NCBI GenBank assembly: GCA_004431415.1
Contig: QPMI01000428.1
Coordinates: 440,514-504,513 of the forward strand
Length of the DNA stretch: 64,000 nt
Direction: 5' to 3'
Origin: Cyanophora paradoxa CCMP329
Taxonomy: Eukaryota; Plantae; Glaucophyta
Within the stretch, counting starts at the first letter, position 1; every line of letters starts with the position of its first letter. Position numbers and translations under genes: made by a program. A model generated the notes under the pieces. The model ran no database searches. It was not told the DNA's origin and worked only from the letters and a program-made list of their open reading frames with translations. Positions 62,873-64,000 of the stretch are shown here, in pieces.

Positions 62873-63694
62873 ATGCAAAAAGGGACGACGCCCATGGATC
62901 TCGAAGAATGGAACCGAAACAAAGGGTGAAACTTCCCGCACGATTTCTCCTATTGGCGAAAACCAATTGTGGTAAATCGGTATTCTTAAAGTGGCTGATC
63001 AAAGAACTCGAAGACCAGATCTCGTATGTCTGGTTTTCTGTCCTACGAGTTTTAACGGTTTCTGGGTCAAATAACAGACGAAGTGCATGATACTGGAAAC
63101 CGGAATATGTAGAGTCGATCATAGAAGCCCGCAAGAAAGCTATCATCGCTGGAAAGAACCAAAGAATATTCTCATCGTACTCGACGATTGTTTGAGTCCG
63201 GAACTATCGATCTTTCGCGCGATCATTTGCTAAATAAATTGATGGCGCAAGGTCGTCATACGTTTTGTTCCGTCGCTTTAATATCGCAGAAACTAACAAA
63301 GCTTCAACGATCATTCGCAGCAATGCGGAGTATATCATATTCCTAAGCTGGTCAAACATGCGAGAGTTTGAAGCATATCACGAAGATTCGGGAACATGGA
63401 TAAAGAGAGTTTAAGCGCATGTTCCAAGAATTCTGTCATAGCTACCAAGCGATCATTCACGATAATACCGGGTATTCTGTGCGATGGTGGGTCGAAAAAG
63501 CCGATATGATCGATGACCATCCGTTTACTAAATTCCACAAGCGGGCGGCTTTTGAAGAAAAGAAGCGCAAACAACAAGAGGAGCAAGCGACAAAACCGCC
63601 GCCTGTCAAAGATTCGACAACTGTCTGTAAAACTTTATCCAAATTTGAGCGTGAGCTTGAAGGTATCCCCAAACTTTCCGCAAATTTCGCCTAA
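62873..63694 (+). CDS. A32-like (FtsK/HerA) genome-packaging ATPase, many apparent frameshifts
   Basis: Walker A AKTNCGKS (62956-62979), Walker B NILIVLDDC, then MAQGRH, ISQ and IRSN, in the order typical of viral packaging ATPases. Confidence 0.88.
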
Positions 63695-63732
63695 GAAAAA
63701 GAAAATGTTAATCAATGTAAGAGAAGATAATC

Positions 63733-64000
63733 ATGGTCTACCGAAAGAAGCCTCAAACCATTCAAACGGTCGCTTCTGGTAATCCTAATCGCGGACTTGA
63801 AGAGTCTGGATTAACGTCGGGCGGCGGTCTCGAAATGCCCGAATATCTTATAGACACTTCGCCAGAGAGGTCGCCAAGCAAGAGGCGATTATTGCGAGTG
63901 CCACCGCGGACAAGGGAAACCAAGATAGCGGTAAACGCCAAATGGAGGATTTAGCTACTGTAAAACCACAGATTGGAGGCGGCTCTGATGAAGCAACCGA
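63733..64000 (+). CDS. Viral hypothetical protein, probably continuing past the window end
   Basis: ATG with the same A-rich AAGA context as the other viral genes. No recognisable domain. Confidence 0.45.

Larger units (their letters stand above)
49467..64000. mobile_element. Endogenous Polinton-like virus (Preplasmiviricota), left part only
   Basis: Abrupt switch to AT-rich, intronless, tightly packed ORFs including an A32-like ATPase, a ~435-aa capsid-like protein, two penton-like genes, fibres and a lipase. No integrase, DNA polymerase or protease is inside the window. Confidence 0.88.

Noticed and set aside
59280-63700. Programmed ribosomal frameshifting in viral genes
   Set aside because: There are too many shifts, including about ten in the ATPase, and no consistent slippery site. 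Sequencing error or decay is simpler.
49467-64000. Bacterial prophage or contaminant contig
   Set aside because: The fibres are phage-like, but the core is an A32-type ATPase with jelly-roll capsid-like genes. No terminase, portal or consistent Shine-Dalgarno pattern is seen. A chimeric join still needs read-level exclusion.
49467-64000. Giant-virus (NCLDV) insertion or canonical virophage
   Set aside because: The compact ATPase-MCP-penton cluster and ~435-aa MCP fit a PLV better. No NCLDV replication or transcription genes and no virophage protease are in view. Not fully excluded because the element is cut by the window.

Overview
The window has two parts. Positions 1 to about 49,466 are a GC-rich eukaryotic (protist or alga-like) chromosome segment with many short introns, many of them GC-AG. 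It encodes a cytochrome P450, ITPA, a giant TETP-mucin/FN3/filamin/REJ single-pass surface protein, a GT7 glycosyltransferase, two tandem MIR-less protein O-mannosyltransferases, a KDO transferase (KdtA/WaaA), an EF-hand protein, an NLP-type GAF domain fused to a GAT1_2.1-like glutamine amidotransferase, and a coiled-coil/beta-helix gene. At about 49,467 that last gene stops and the DNA becomes AT-rich, intronless and gene-dense up to the window end. This second part is best read as an endogenous Polinton-like virus. It carries a packaging ATPase, a probable double-jelly-roll major capsid protein, two head-to-head penton-like genes, and a ~9 kb attachment/entry block: two C1q-headed fibres with a small phage-like partner, an HxH-repeat lectin fibre, a ~1,240-aa fibre with a C-terminal transmembrane anchor, and a patatin-discoidin fusion. 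A 17-bp sequence containing a GTGAG splice-donor consensus marks the junction and recurs 308 bp inside the element. Viral ORFs are broken by apparent single-base deletions that look like uncorrected long-read errors. All family calls come from motif recognition by eye; no searches were run, and exon boundaries are manual.
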